Of a stretch of DNA of 64,000 nucleotides, positions 13,476 to 26,393 are shown in pieces. The first letter of the stretch is position 1, and each line of letters starts with the position of its first letter. The notes under the pieces are model-generated. The model searched no databases. It saw only the letters and a list, made by a program, of their open reading frames with translations, and had not been told where the DNA came from. The DNA comes from Octopus sinensis. Its lineage: Eukaryota. Location of the stretch: positions 145,328,001 through 145,392,000 of the forward strand of contig NC_042998.1 in the NCBI RefSeq assembly GCF_006345805.1, read 5' to 3'. The position numbers were made by a program, and so were the translations under genes.

Positions 13476-14010
13476 ATGTACGTACCTACCTCTACATGTA
13501 CATATACACGCATATATGTGTACAGGACACCAAAAAGACGTCGAACACATAGAGAGACGAAACACATAGACACAAACCAAGGAACAAGACAAGCAAAAAA
13601 AAGAGAGATACAGGACAATAAGCACAACGAAAAATCCCCTTCTTCAGTCGCTAAGGTTTCATCTACTAAACGTTTCGAAGGATAAAAGCGAGACGTATAC
13701 TTCGAAGAAAATTTCCTTCCCGCGAAAAGCAAATCAATTAAAATTCTGAGATCTTTTCGCAGAGGGGTAAAAATAAGCAAGACAGTAACGACAGTACAAA
13801 CATATAAACAGTAAAAAATATATATATAAACAGTGGAAAAATAAAAATATAACAGTGAGAGACAGGACAAGGAGAACAAGATAAGAAGGGCTGTTAACGC
13901 CAGACGAAAAAAGTATTGCAAACGCTGGATTATCGTGGACGACGAGAGAGAGAAAAAGTGTCGACCAGTAGCCTTAGAAGGCGGGCGAGAAAGGACAGGA
14001 TAGCAGTTAC
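13476..14010. mobile_element. Non-coding interspersed repeat, probably PLE-derived
   Basis: Its terminal motif ATATGTACGTACCTAC(C/A)TCTACATGTA recurs at about 43691-43720 and inverted at about 44785-44812; related sequence also at 61560-61680. Confidence 0.4.
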
Positions 14011-14036
14011 GACATATATATATATGCATACATATA

Positions 14037-14191
<155 letters not shown>

Positions 14192-14867
14192 TATATTCAT
14201 ACTCCTTATAAGAAAAATATTGACAGTGACTTCGAAGTTTTGGGTTTCTCACTTTAATGGGAGTTTTTCGTTGGCTTTATTAACCTTTGGCACGTTGCCC
14301 TTTAGGTAGATGAAGGTTGGTGAATGTATATAAGTACATATGATGATGTATATGTGTTTGTGTCTGTGTTTGTGTCTCCAGTATACGTGAAGTGCCGATA
14401 CCTTAAAAAAACTACTAAAATCTCCAGATAAATATACATATGGCTGAAAGCGGGCTAGTGAAAGAATATTAAAAAGACCTCACGTTAATTGTGAATTGGT
14501 TCCAGTTTCTGGATTAAAACCAAAAATAAGCTTTCTTCCTTCGTCAACACAATACACGGGGAAATATGAATACAAATAATTGCACATACCGTACAAAGCG
14601 GGTTCACACGCCTACATACAAGTATTTGCACGTATAGATTCAAGAAAAGTCAATTTTAACGCTCCTCACGACAGCCATTTGTATATTATAAGAATAGTTA
14701 TGCAATAAATACTATTTCGGTCAGGAGTAATAATAAGTTATTTAATTTTAATTTTATTTATTAATTCATAATAGAATATAAGGATAAAAATCGCGTTAAT
14801 GATTTTTATCAAGTAGTCAGCATCCTATAACAATTTATAGGCAATTTATACATTAAATTAATAATAA

Positions 14868-14980
14868 GCACTGCCAGATCAGACTGGAGCCTGGTGCAAC
14901 CTCCTGGCTTCGCAGACCCCAGTCAAACCGTCCAACCCGTGCTAGCACGGAAAACGGACGTTAAACGATGATGATGATGA
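14868..14980 (+). mobile_element. SINE 3' fragment ending in (GAT)n; longer copy at about 28095-28315
   Basis: AGACTGGAGCCTGGTGCA...AAACGGACGTTAAA(C/T)GATGATGATGA is shared between the two loci. Confidence 0.7.
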
Positions 14981-15119
14981 TTCTCCCTCTTTGTTTCTCT
15001 CTCCTTTCTCTCTCACTTTCCCACTCTCTTACTCTTCCTTTCTCTCGGACTCTCCCTCGCTTTCTCTTACTCTATCTTTATCTATCTCTCTCCCATTTAT
15101 AAACAACAAAAGATCTTGA

Positions 15120-16360
15120 TTAAGTTGAGAAAGTAAATATTTTCAAATATCACTCATAAATATCAGATAATGACAACGGAAAGGTCTGCTTCAAGGCAGA
15201 CAGCAAAACACTAAGATTTAAAAGGGAAAGACGAACTTGCGAGCTGAATAATAATAAAAAAAATATTGGAAACCAAAGTTTGAAGGGATAGAATCTGAGG
15301 ATAGTAGAGTCACCGTGGCTGGCATTTCTTAATGACGGACAGCAATGTAGTGACAGTTTAACGGCTGGCGTAAAATTTTGAACTTGATGTAAAAGAAAAT
15401 TCCTAAACACCAAGTTTTGAAGTGATTCTTTCTCACGACAGTAGACTCAGCATGGCAAGCATTCAAAACTTCTTCATCATGGACAGCAACACATTGAGAA
15501 TTAAAAGGCTGGTGCAAATTTTTTAGCTTGATGTAACAGAGAATTCCTAAACACCCGTTCCTGTAAATTTTAATCCCCTTCCAGCCCCATTTAGACCCCT
15601 TTTCACTGTTAGGCAAATCAAACAGTGAAAAACATAAACCAAAACATAAAAATAAAAATATAATATACAAAATATATAAAATATAAAATTTAAAAATTTA
15701 AATTATTTAAATTTAAAATTAAAATTATTAATTTATATTCATAATTTTTTAAAAATATATATAACTATAAAAAAGTATTAAAAAGTTTAATATACATAAA
15801 TACAGATATATACACATTATATATACACACACACACACATATATAAATTAACACAATAAATATCTGATAATATTTGTTCTCATGACTGTGTGGTGGTTGT
15901 GGCGATGATAATTCTATCTATGAATGCAGTCAGACGTAGAGAGAGAGAGAGAGAGAGAGTATGAAAGCGCCGTCGAAGGCGGGGAGGGGGGATATATAGG
16001 ACGCTGTGAAACGATGTTATAAAGAGATAGTGAAGGGAAGGGATGTAGACGCTGCGAAACGACGTTATAGATAGAATTTGAATGGAAGGGAGGAAAGAGA
16101 GTGAGTGATGGAGGAAGACAGATACATAAAAGAATGAGAGTAGACTTGTCAAAGTGCGTTTTTGGCCCTAGCAACGATACATTTTAAGATAGGGATTTCT
16201 AACCTAGCCCACTCGCATCCTCACCTCATTTTACATGTTCCTGTAAATTTTGGAGTAAATCCGACGGGATCTAGTGGCCTTTAACCCGTTCTCAATGCCA
16301 AAACCAGACAAACAAACAAACAAACAAACAAACTTTTCGCATTTCAGAATTATAATATAG
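15120..16360 (+). mobile_element. Possible non-autonomous Helitron/Helentron (HINE/Lep1-like) element
   Basis: Ends with (CAAA)n then CTTTTCGCATTT...TATAATATAG, resembling recalled Lep1/DINE-type 3' ends; contains a diverged internal direct repeat at about 15337-15410 / 15481-15555. Confidence 0.33.
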
Positions 16361-16890
16361 AAATTAAAATAAAATAATTATTTTTACTCCTGATCGGAAT
16401 AGTATTTATTGCATAACTATTCTTATAATATACAAATGGCTGTCGAGAGGGGGAGTTTATATTGACTTACCTTGGATCTATACGTGCAAATACTTGTATG
16501 TAGGCGTGTGAACCTGCTTTGTACGGTATGTGCAATTATTTGTATTCATATTTCCCCGTGTATTGTGTTGACGAAGGACGAAAGCTTATTTTTGGTTTTA
16601 ATCCAGAAACTAGAACCAATTCACAATTAACGTGAAGTCTTTTTAATATTTTTTCACTAGCCCGCTTTCAACCATATGTATATTTATCTGGAGATTTTAG
16701 TAGTTTTTTAAGGTATCGGCACTTCACGTATACTGGAGATAAGTCGTTTTCGTTCTTGCTCCCTTAATATTTTTATAAACATATATATTATTAATTAAAT
16801 GTATAAATTGCCTACAAATTGTTATAGCATGCTGACTACCTGATAAAAGTCATTAACGTGATTTTTATCCTTATATTCTATTAAGAATTA

Positions 16891-16923
<33 letters not shown>

Positions 16924-17056
16924 GTGATGTAAATATGCCATTTGAATATGGCTAACCCCTAAGGGTGGATGCTACTATAGTTTTTAGCCCCAGGAAGACA
17001 TCTCCTCCAGCTGGCTATAGACACACTTTCTGTGCCCTATCACTCTGATATTTATC

Positions 17057-17112
<56 letters not shown>

Positions 17113-17287
17113 ATATATATATGCATACATATATAGATGCATACATATATATATGTATGTATATATGTATGTATATATATATGTATATACATATATACAT
17201 ATATATGTATGTATGTATATATGTATATACATGCATACAAACAGATAAATACACACACAAAACCGAATATGGTTGTTTGAGTCAGAC

Positions 17288-17580
17288 AAGGAAGTATGCC
17301 CTATTAACGTGAATATATTTTCGAAAATCAAAGAGAAAGAGGATAACTACAGACGACTGCTTGGAAACCGACAGCTTCCATACTCAGATTATAAATTCAC
17401 ATATATACTATTAATAATTGGTACAGTTGATTTTATGAGCAAATGCCTAAGTGACAATTTAGAAAAGTTAGTGTTTATATATATAAAAAGATCAACCATC
17501 TTACATGTGCATTACAAATAGGATGTATAAACGGAACAGCAAATGTATGCAAAACATCTTTCAAGTTCAAAATGTGAATT
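17288..17580 (+). mobile_element. Dong/R4-type LINE 3' fragment (end of REL domain)
   Basis: ORF 17273-17521: [20 protein letters not shown]...LIIGTVDFMSKCLSDNLEKL; homologous to 23780-24050. Confidence 0.65.
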
Positions 17581-18105
17581 TGGTTTTGCTATCTACATAC
17601 TAACGATATGAAGGTTTCTTTGTAGGAAACCAGGTCCTTCCTTACAGGAAGACTTCAAATAATTAAAAATAGAATCTGTGTGTGTGCGTGTGTGTATACA
17701 TACAAATGTACATGAATACACACACAGGCACACACACGCACACACGCACACACATGAATAGAAATTCTCGTTTCTTTGCTTAATTAAAAAAGAATATTCA
17801 AATGACTTTAGTCGTATTAGCAACACTACACAGTAGCCACATCATTAAATACATCACTGTGAGACAATTTCTAGTATAATCGTTATTTTCTCTTTTATGT
17901 CAACATTATATAAGAAAAAATAAAATCTAAGAAAAATTTTTATTTATTATCTATAATCAATAATTCAATAATCTAATCTATCGTATATGTCTACAGAATT
18001 CCTGGTTACACAATATTCTCTGCACAACATCAATTGGCAACCTTTGTTCTTGTATTTTCTTTTTGCCACAAGTCTAAGTGATTTTCATAACTCAGGACTT
18101 AGCTT

Positions 18106-18477
18106 TATGTAGCTACATAAAACTACATTAAACCACATGAAGCTGGCCATGAAAAATGCAGCCGTTGTAGCTAAAGCAAGATGTCAATTTTGGAAGCATT
18201 TTGGATTGAGCTCTGTGAATAACAAGGCCAAAGGACAGTGAATGACGGCATCCGATCCCTTAGTGACATATGCATTCTTGGCATCTTCTTTTACTTGTTC
18301 AGACAGTGGACTCCGACCATGCAGGGGCACTGTCTTGGAGGCTTTAGTAGAGCAAATCAATTCTGTACCTTTTTCTCAAAAGTCTGTTACTTATTTTTCG
18401 GTCTCTTTTGTCTAATCGCTAAGTTACAGGTACGCAAGCAAACTAGCAACAGTTGTCAAGCGGTGTGGTGGGGACTA

Positions 18478-18531
<54 letters not shown>

Positions 18532-18958
18532 TACACACACACACACACAACGGGCTTCCACACTGTTTCCATCTACCAATTTCAGCTACAATGTATTGGC
18601 CGTGGTCGGGCCTTAGCAATATAGTAGAAGACACCTTCCCGAACCATGTTGTTGCAAAGCAAGCTTCTTAACTACATAGCAAAATTACAAGCGCCAGAGT
18701 AAATATGTGTCGCTGAGGTTCTTGATAATAACATGTTTTCCATTGCAATAGCTTTAGCTGCATCGAAATTTGAGAAGCAATCTCTATCAGCCATTCAAGT
18801 CAAATTGTGTTTTGTTTTAAAAATTCAGTTGAGTAAAGAAATATTTCATCTTTACTGAGAAATATGTAGCTACATAAAACTACATTAAACCACATGAAGC
18901 TGGCCATGAAAAATGCAGCCGTTGTAGCTAAAACAAGATGTCAATTTTGGAAGCATTT
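18106..18958. repeat. 96-bp direct repeat (18106-18201 / 18863-18958), one mismatch
   Basis: Direct comparison: TATGTAGCTACATAAAACTACATTAAACC...GGAAGCATTT. Confidence 0.92.
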
Positions 18959-19879
18959 ATTTATTTAAATATTCTTTGGTTTGACGTAGAAGGTAGCTTA
19001 TAATATACTGATTTTCAATAATGTCATCATTAGTTTGGCAAAGAATGGTGTACATGTCAAGCCGATTTACACTTTTTCAAGAATTCTGCATGACACATAG
19101 ACACAAACGTTTTAGCGTTTGTCCAGTAAATACAAGGCTATCAAGAATTTTTTTTGTTTTCGATTGACCATACCTCTATAGTTCTTTATCTTTGCAACAG
19201 CTTCGCAAGTATGGCACTTTTCCTTCCATATTCTTTTATAGTAGCTTTCTCAACTGTCGTTTGATGTTGCCTAAGTACTCATGCATTATTTATAAGTCAC
19301 ACGGTTTGAAACTATTCGATGCAGAGATCTCTTGAAACATTCACAAACTGCGACATGTACCGATTCCCGTTTGACACACATTGGAGGATTTAATGCTAGT
19401 CATTAGAGAGCACGATTATAATTTTGGCAAAAACTGTGCCAACTTCACGAATGTCTTGGAATATGCTGTTTACTGTCCCAATCACGTTTCCATAGTTAAC
19501 CATAGTTGATTCATTTAGAACGATGAAACTTGTTCGATTGGCTAGTTGGCAAGCTGCACTCACACCTATGCAATATAACTAATTTACTGTTCTTCTTTAC
19601 TAAAGCAGTCAATTGTATATCGTTGGCAAAGTCTCTTCGACTTCAAAAAATATATTGAAAGTTGACTCAGATGACACTTAGAAAATGTTGCCGGTTGTAA
19701 AAACCTGTCTCTAACTTCTTAATACACAATATTCAATACCCTTCGTTATGTCTTCATATCTCTTTTGTTATTATGTTTTTTCCTGATGAATAAATAACAA
19801 ACATTGTGTAACCGTTAACACCAGAAAGAACCACGATGTCGTATGACGAGTATCATACTCTACTGTATTTCATGAACTA

Positions 19880-20590
19880 CAAGCTGACCATCTTTACGTC
19901 CTGAGTTAAAATTCCTCCGAAGTCGACTTTGCCTTTCATCCTTTCGGGGTCGATGAAATAAGTATCAGTTGAGGTGATGTAATCGACTTACCTCTTCCCC
20001 CGAAATTGCTGGCCTTGTACCAAAATTAGAAACTAATATTTTAGTTTCACGTTAGAGTTCATAGTTAGATTGGGTCATACTCGGTATGGTGCGAGAAAAT
20101 CTGAGCAAATTTTGGTTATTAGCTTTCTGATGGAATAACTGGTCCGAATTAATGATTAATATTTTCATACAAAATAAATGTTGGCCTGTAAACTACCATT
20201 GTTTCCTCCAAAAATCTAGAGATGTCAAAGTCATGTTAGCATTGTAACTTCCAATTTCGTCCAATAAATAAAAACATAATCCTTTCTACTAACACAAGGT
20301 CTGAAATTTGCAGGGAATAAGGCTGGTCGATTACTTCGACTCCGGTATTTGTCTGGTACTTATTTCATCAGCCCCGAAAGGATGAAAAGCAAAGTCGATC
20401 TCGGAAGAATTTAATGGCGGACGAAATGCTGCTAAGCATTTTGTCCGGCGTACTAACGAGTCTGCCAGTTCACCGCTTTAATGAATGAATAAATAATGAT
20501 TTCAATTTTTTGACACAAGGCTAGTAAGTTCGAAAGAGGGTGTAAGTCGATTACATCGACCCCTTCTGCCAGTTCGCCGCCTTGAAATGA
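19880..20590. mobile_element. Cluster of fragments of an abundant SINE family (GTCGACTTTGCCTTTCATCCTTTCGGGGTCGAT core); other copies at about 38015-38170, 42805-43020, 46270-46460, 47490-47710, 51665-51880, 52510-53005
   Basis: The same core recurs at least 9 times on both strands, with tRNA-like GGCGAGCTGGCAGAATCGTTAG heads. Confidence 0.85.
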
Positions 20591-21441
20591 ATAAACAATG
20601 AAAATGAAATGAAATATTGACAGAAAAAACAACAAAAAAAAAATCAGACAAAAAATCGGCAAAAAGCAAAACAAATTGGTTTTCTCCCGTTTGATGGTCA
20701 TGTTTCATTTTCAAATTTTAGTGCCTTACAAAAGACCACAATTCTCCTTATCATTCGCATAGAAATGTTCTAGCTTTGCACTTCCAGTTATTGTCTGTGG
20801 TTGTACAGTTATGGTAGTACAGTTATGGTAGTATAATTATTGTCCGTGGTAGCAGATTCTCAGAAAGGTGCACAATCCAAAGATAAAGCGAAGGGTTCGC
20901 GAAGGCGGACGGAGTAGCGTGGCTTCTGTTGGCTTTCCGCTGATCTTTCCTCGCTCCTTCATTCATTTTAATTAAGTTTTGGTCATAAGGTTTCTTATTT
21001 GTTGCAGTCTTACAGCGTTTCTTTCAGTTTCGGTTTCTCTTATTCAGGTTTCACACACATGGCTCCTGTTAGCTGCTGGAGGAATGTTCCTTTGTTCTTC
21101 ATTTTCACCTCGATGCTGACATCATTACTGTTAAAAGATCTTCAATTTGTTGACAAAATGTTGTGGATGATAGTGTGACACACACATACACACTAACACA
21201 CATAATATACAGAAACATACATATGCACACGCACAACACACACAAGCAAAACACACAAATATTTACATAAGCATAGCACACAAACACAGGCAAATACACT
21301 CACCAACACATATATAAACATACACAATACCTACAAACACACACGGACAAGCACACATGCATAATCACGGCAAGACATATACACAAGCACACAAGCACAT
21401 CACGCAAACACACACACATAGCACGCAAATACACACACCTA

Positions 21442-21558
<117 letters not shown>

Positions 21559-21589
21559 CTAATCCCTATAATTTTTGCCATTAATACAA

Positions 21590-24290
21590 GCCTAGTAAAA
21601 GAAATTTGACATCTTCTTTGAGCAAAGGCAAAGAAACAACCTTTTTGAAAAGTTCGTAGCTCTAACCAAACAGCGAAATACATACCCTGTGGGAAATTAC
21701 TATACATACACTATGGAAATTAAAGAGCCCGGAGTCAGCGTATTGTGCTGCATTAACTGTGCACCAACTGATGGATATACAAGAGATTGACCCAAAGGAT
21801 CATGCAGAGCTAAAATGGATTACCTTCCTCCAAAATAACATCAACGAACTCAGGAAAAAATAGGACATTTGGACAATATCATGAAATGCAAAGCTAAAAA
21901 GGAATTCTCGAACTACGAAGCGAGTCTTGTGTAAATGCTTCTCCCAAACTATATATCACCAGTGAAACACTCATGACGGTTATTATGAAACTGGCGAATC
22001 GAAAACCACCTAGGAGAGACCCGATAGTAGGCTACTGGCACCGAACGCTCACGTCCAGCAGAGAAATTCTTACGACCCCGTTTTTTTTTAAATCAATGGA
22101 CGCTGAGTTAAATATACCAGATTGGCTGACTGTTGCACGGACTACCTTTATCTCCAAGAACAAAGAGACCCATGTGGCCAAAACTGTACAAACTGTACAC
22201 AAGTTGTCTGAAGTTGTTTCTCCAAGACCACTGCCAAACAAATGGAGTGATAACTGATAAGCAGGCAGGATGAAAGAAAAAGTTTGGAGCTGTTCTGAAC
22301 ATCTCCCCTTTAACAAAGCTAAGCAACATCGCCGTAATCTCTTAACAATGTGACTAGACTACAAGAAGGCATTCGACCCTCACCCTCACTTAGAGATGAT
22401 AGAATCACTATACTTTGCCAAGTATCAGTTGGTATAGTGAATACCACTGAAAGACTGACTGCAACTTGGTCCACGCAATCATCACCGACAACTACTAAAG
22501 CAACACCTACTGTTACGAACAGAATTAAGTTATCAACAGGCATATTCCAGGGTGATATCGGTAATGTTTGTACTGGCAGTGAATCCCGTGCTAGCCCTGT
22601 TAACAAGATGGCAATGGTACATGCGGGTAGATGCAGAAAAGAATAGAATTAATATCACTCACACATTTATTTTTTGATGACCTAAAGTTATATTCTGGTA
22701 AGATGAACATCAAAAGTCAATAAGAACTAATCACAACATTTTCACAGGAACGGAGTATAGGCGAGATAAATGCTCATACATGATAGTCAACTGAGGAGAG
22801 ATTCTCGATCAGACAGAACATGTGCATTAATGACTTGTCTATCTCCCCTATCTCTTATGATGAAAACTATAAATATCTTGAAATCGGTGAGAATGTTGCA
22901 TACGCTGGAGCTATATCTAAAACCAAAATAACAAAAGAGCACTTCTGTAGACTCCAGAAAATATGGAACTCATAGCTGTCTGCATTTAAGAAGACCATGT
23001 CTTACAATGCTTTTGCAGTGTAAGAGATAATACCAATATCATTAGCAACTGCTCCAAAATGTATACGAGTTACTATCTGCCTCTGAGGCTTGGCAGTTTC
23101 CCTAAGAGAGAGAGACAACTGTGAGCGTAATCCCACACTACTTCCATGTGTGTGCGAAGAGATAATGCTAAGCGAGTAAATCTCGACTGTAAATATGGCC
23201 AGAAGAATCTTAGGAATCCAGTCACGAAATTTATCCCGAAGAGAACATGAAGAGGAAACGAATATATAAGGTGATGGATAGTGACCCTGTAACTTCCAGT
23301 GATGTTACCATCCCATGGGCTACTGGAGGCGTGTCTGCCATGGGAAAAGCTGTGACTAATATGACGATCGTAAAACCCTAACACCAAAAGGATCGTCACT
23401 GATATACGCAGGGAAGTCCTCTAAAAGATCGGTTTAAGGCATTCAGTACGTATTTGCACGTGGAATGTCCGGACGCTTTGCTAAATGAGGAACTGCCTTT
23501 TTTCACTAGGAGAATGTGACGATTCAGTATCAACGCTCTTGAACTGAGGTTGGGCACTTCAACACTGCAGAGGGTGAGCTAGGTGTTTACTCCAGAGGGA
23601 ATTTGCATCATGGCACTGTAGGAATGCACACAAATGTTCGCGTATACACACATATATACACATAAGCAAACCCTCAGTGTCATAATACATACATACACGC
23701 ACGCATGCATGCGTACATCTAAACATACACACGCACACATAAATCTCAATAAAATTAAGCTTATTTGACCAGACATTTTGATTTAGGACAGAAAGAGAAA
23801 CTATGTATAGTAGTGGAAATCAGCTGCCACTCCATCTTAAGATCAGCGAAAAAGAAAACATATACGCTGATCTATTGAGAAATTTACAGATACTCAGTCT
23901 AGACTAACAGTTTAGATCTATAACAGTAATTATTGAGGCACATGGATGTGTAACCAACTGCTCAACACTAATCTTCAGAAATTAAAGTACTCAGAACTAG
24001 AAAGGAGAAAGCTAATTAGAACTGTAAAAATATGTAAAACCTTCCAAAAGTTTGGTATATATATATGTACATATGCACATGTCCAGACATGAAAGTATAT
24101 GAATATACATACATAAAGCAAAATATACAGATCTGCACACGTACTGATACTAAATACTTGCAATCCACACACACATGCACAATTACATTGTTGATGTAGA
24201 AATTCCAATGAAGGAGCCATAGATCTAGGTCAGAAACTGACTCTTTCCATTGGCATGAAATCTAGAAATAAAATTAAATAAAACCATACA
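21590..24290 (+). mobile_element. Fragmented Dong/R4-type LINE (RT region, REL end, 3' UTR)
   Basis: ORF 21973: KLANRKPPRRDPIVGYW...IPDWLTVARTTFISKNKET; LDYKKAFD at about 22355; IKLSTGIFQGD (ORF 22350); DDLKLYSG at about 22677; EKLCIVVEISCH...KENIYADLLRNLQIL at about 23790-23900. Confidence 0.8.
23150..23630 (+). mobile_element. RTE-type LINE 5' fragment (UTR plus start of APE endonuclease) nested in the Dong/R4 relic
   Basis: GTACGTATTTGCACGTGGAATGTCCGGACGCTT translates to VRICTWNVRTL, the APE N-terminal motif; HHGTVG follows. Confidence 0.65.
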
Positions 24291-24793
24291 TACACATATA
24301 CATACGTAATACACACATACATACGCACATAAATGCGTACATACATACATACTTACATACGTACACACGTATGTGCGTACGCATTTTACCAGCTGATTTC
24401 TATAAGAGGTACGAAAGAATAACGTTGATTTGTTCCAAAAACAGGATCAATATACACAGGACATATTTCTGTATCAAGAAAAATTAACGATGTCTCTTAA
24501 GACGTTAATAGATTCTTAAAGTAGACTTTCTCTGGTTCTCGGAGAAAACTTAATCAATAAACTTGTTCAATTTGTCCAACAAATGAAAATATATTTCACT
24601 GTAGCAATAAATAAATAATTAGAAGAAAAATAAACAAAACTAAGAAGTATGAGGATGTAAAGAGCTGACGAGGTAACCTCTATGTAGTAAGTCGATCTTC
24701 TAGACACGGTGGCTAATTCCATCTTAACTCATCCTTTTAAAAAAGAGAGGATATAATGGACAAGATAATCCCCACTCTCTATACACACACACG

Positions 24794-24835
<42 letters not shown>

Positions 24836-25255
24836 ACACGCACACATGCACACGCTATATATATATGCATTCAAGACGCCCCCCACACACATTGGGCCGG
24901 TAATTATGTGGTTGGGACGATAACCGCATACCACACATATATACACGTATTAGTTATGTATTATGTATTTTATTTTATTATATGTTTGCATATATATCGT
25001 ATAGAGTTGAAAAAAATGATGTAACCAAGATATTATGTTGATCTGATGAGCTAGCCTTCAATACCTGCATTAGTTTGTAAAAAGTATGGCAGTGCTACGC
25101 AGTTTATAACAAACCTACTAGTGCAGGCATGTAAAATAATTTATTATACACTAAAACGAATTCTTTTTTCATGATGTTGGCTGCAAAACGGCCTTCATCC
25201 TATGGATATCAACTTATGAAATAAGTTTACTCATTTCATACCTCCTGACTTTCTT

Positions 25256-25318
<63 letters not shown>

Positions 25319-26178
25319 ATATACATATGTACATACGTACGTATGTATGTATGTAGTATGTATGTATGTATGTATGTATGTAGTATGTATGTATGTACAC
25401 ATAACTTACAGGCATACCAAGACTGAACGATAATATAAATGTTTACATTCCTATTTTAAAACAAGAACATTTGACTTTCTCCCAATTTTATATTTACTTT
25501 AATTATTTGAACATTCTCGTTAAGTATAAAATATAAACATATATGTAAACAATGTATATAAATATTAAATAAGATATAAAAATTTACGTTTCTATACAAA
25601 CGCGTAAAACGGTGTGACTTCGCATGTGTGCGCTGAGTGGTGGTGTGTATGTGGGAATGTCTGAGTGTGCGTGTGTTTGTGTGTGTGTGAGAATATCCTC
25701 GTTCTTTGAGTTGCAGGCTAAGGCGCGTGGCTTAGTGGTTAAAGTGCTGCATAGATGATCAGAAGATCGTGATTTCGGTTCCCGGACCGGGTGGAGATTC
25801 TGTTCTTGAGGAACCGCGTGGTTTCGGGTTTAAGTGATTAATGGGTAACTTGATCGCACCAAGTTTCTTCTGCTATATTCCTGGTCGACCAATGGCTTGT
25901 GACTGAATTTGGTCGATGGAAACTGAGTAAAAGCCCGTCGTATGTATATGTGTACATATGTGTGCGTGTCTCTGTCTGTGTGTGTGCATGTATGTGTTTC
26001 TGTATTTGTGTTTGTACCACTCATTGTGTGTATATAAAAGTGTCTCTATGTATATATATTTGAATGTGTTTTTTTTTGTGTGCGTGTATGGAGAATTCAC
26101 ACAAAAAACAAAAGTCCAAGACAGGTGGTGTAGACAAGAAACAGATGTATTAGTATAACGTTCGGGAAGTGAAAAAGT

Positions 26179-26214
26179 CTTTAACGTTTCGAGCCTACGC
26201 TCTTCCACAGAAAG
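26179..26214 (-). ncRNA. Minimal type I hammerhead-ribozyme-like motif (variant core)
   Basis: CUUU-CUGUGGA-A-GAGC-GUAG-GCUC-GAAAC-GUU-AAAG; stems I and II pair perfectly. Confidence 0.55.
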
Positions 26215-26316
26215 GAGCACAGAAAGAAACAAGGAGAGAAAATAATGTGTAGTGGCTATACATACATACACACATACATACATACATACATACATACATA
26301 CATACATACAACATAC

Positions 26317-26383
<67 letters not shown>

Positions 26384-26393
26384 AATATATATA

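Larger units (their letters stand above)
14375..16891. repeat. Large inverted duplication: A 14375-14757 / A' 16361-16739 and B 14760-14866 / B' 16786-16891
   Basis: Manual reverse-complement alignment, roughly 90% identity. Confidence 0.9.

Noticed and set aside
13630-13690. Permuted (type II) hammerhead on the minus strand (CCUUC-GAAAC...CUGAAGA-AGG)
   Set aside because: No stem I pairing can be formed.
16564-16595. UUGACGA-AGGAC-GAAAGCUU hammerhead-like motif (also inverted at about 14525-14552)
   Set aside because: Stem II is essentially absent in both copies and stem I is weak; at most a relic.
17950-19830. Decayed DNA transposase (piggyBac or hAT) on the minus strand
   Set aside because: Only vague motif resemblances, in inconsistent order; needs a profile search.
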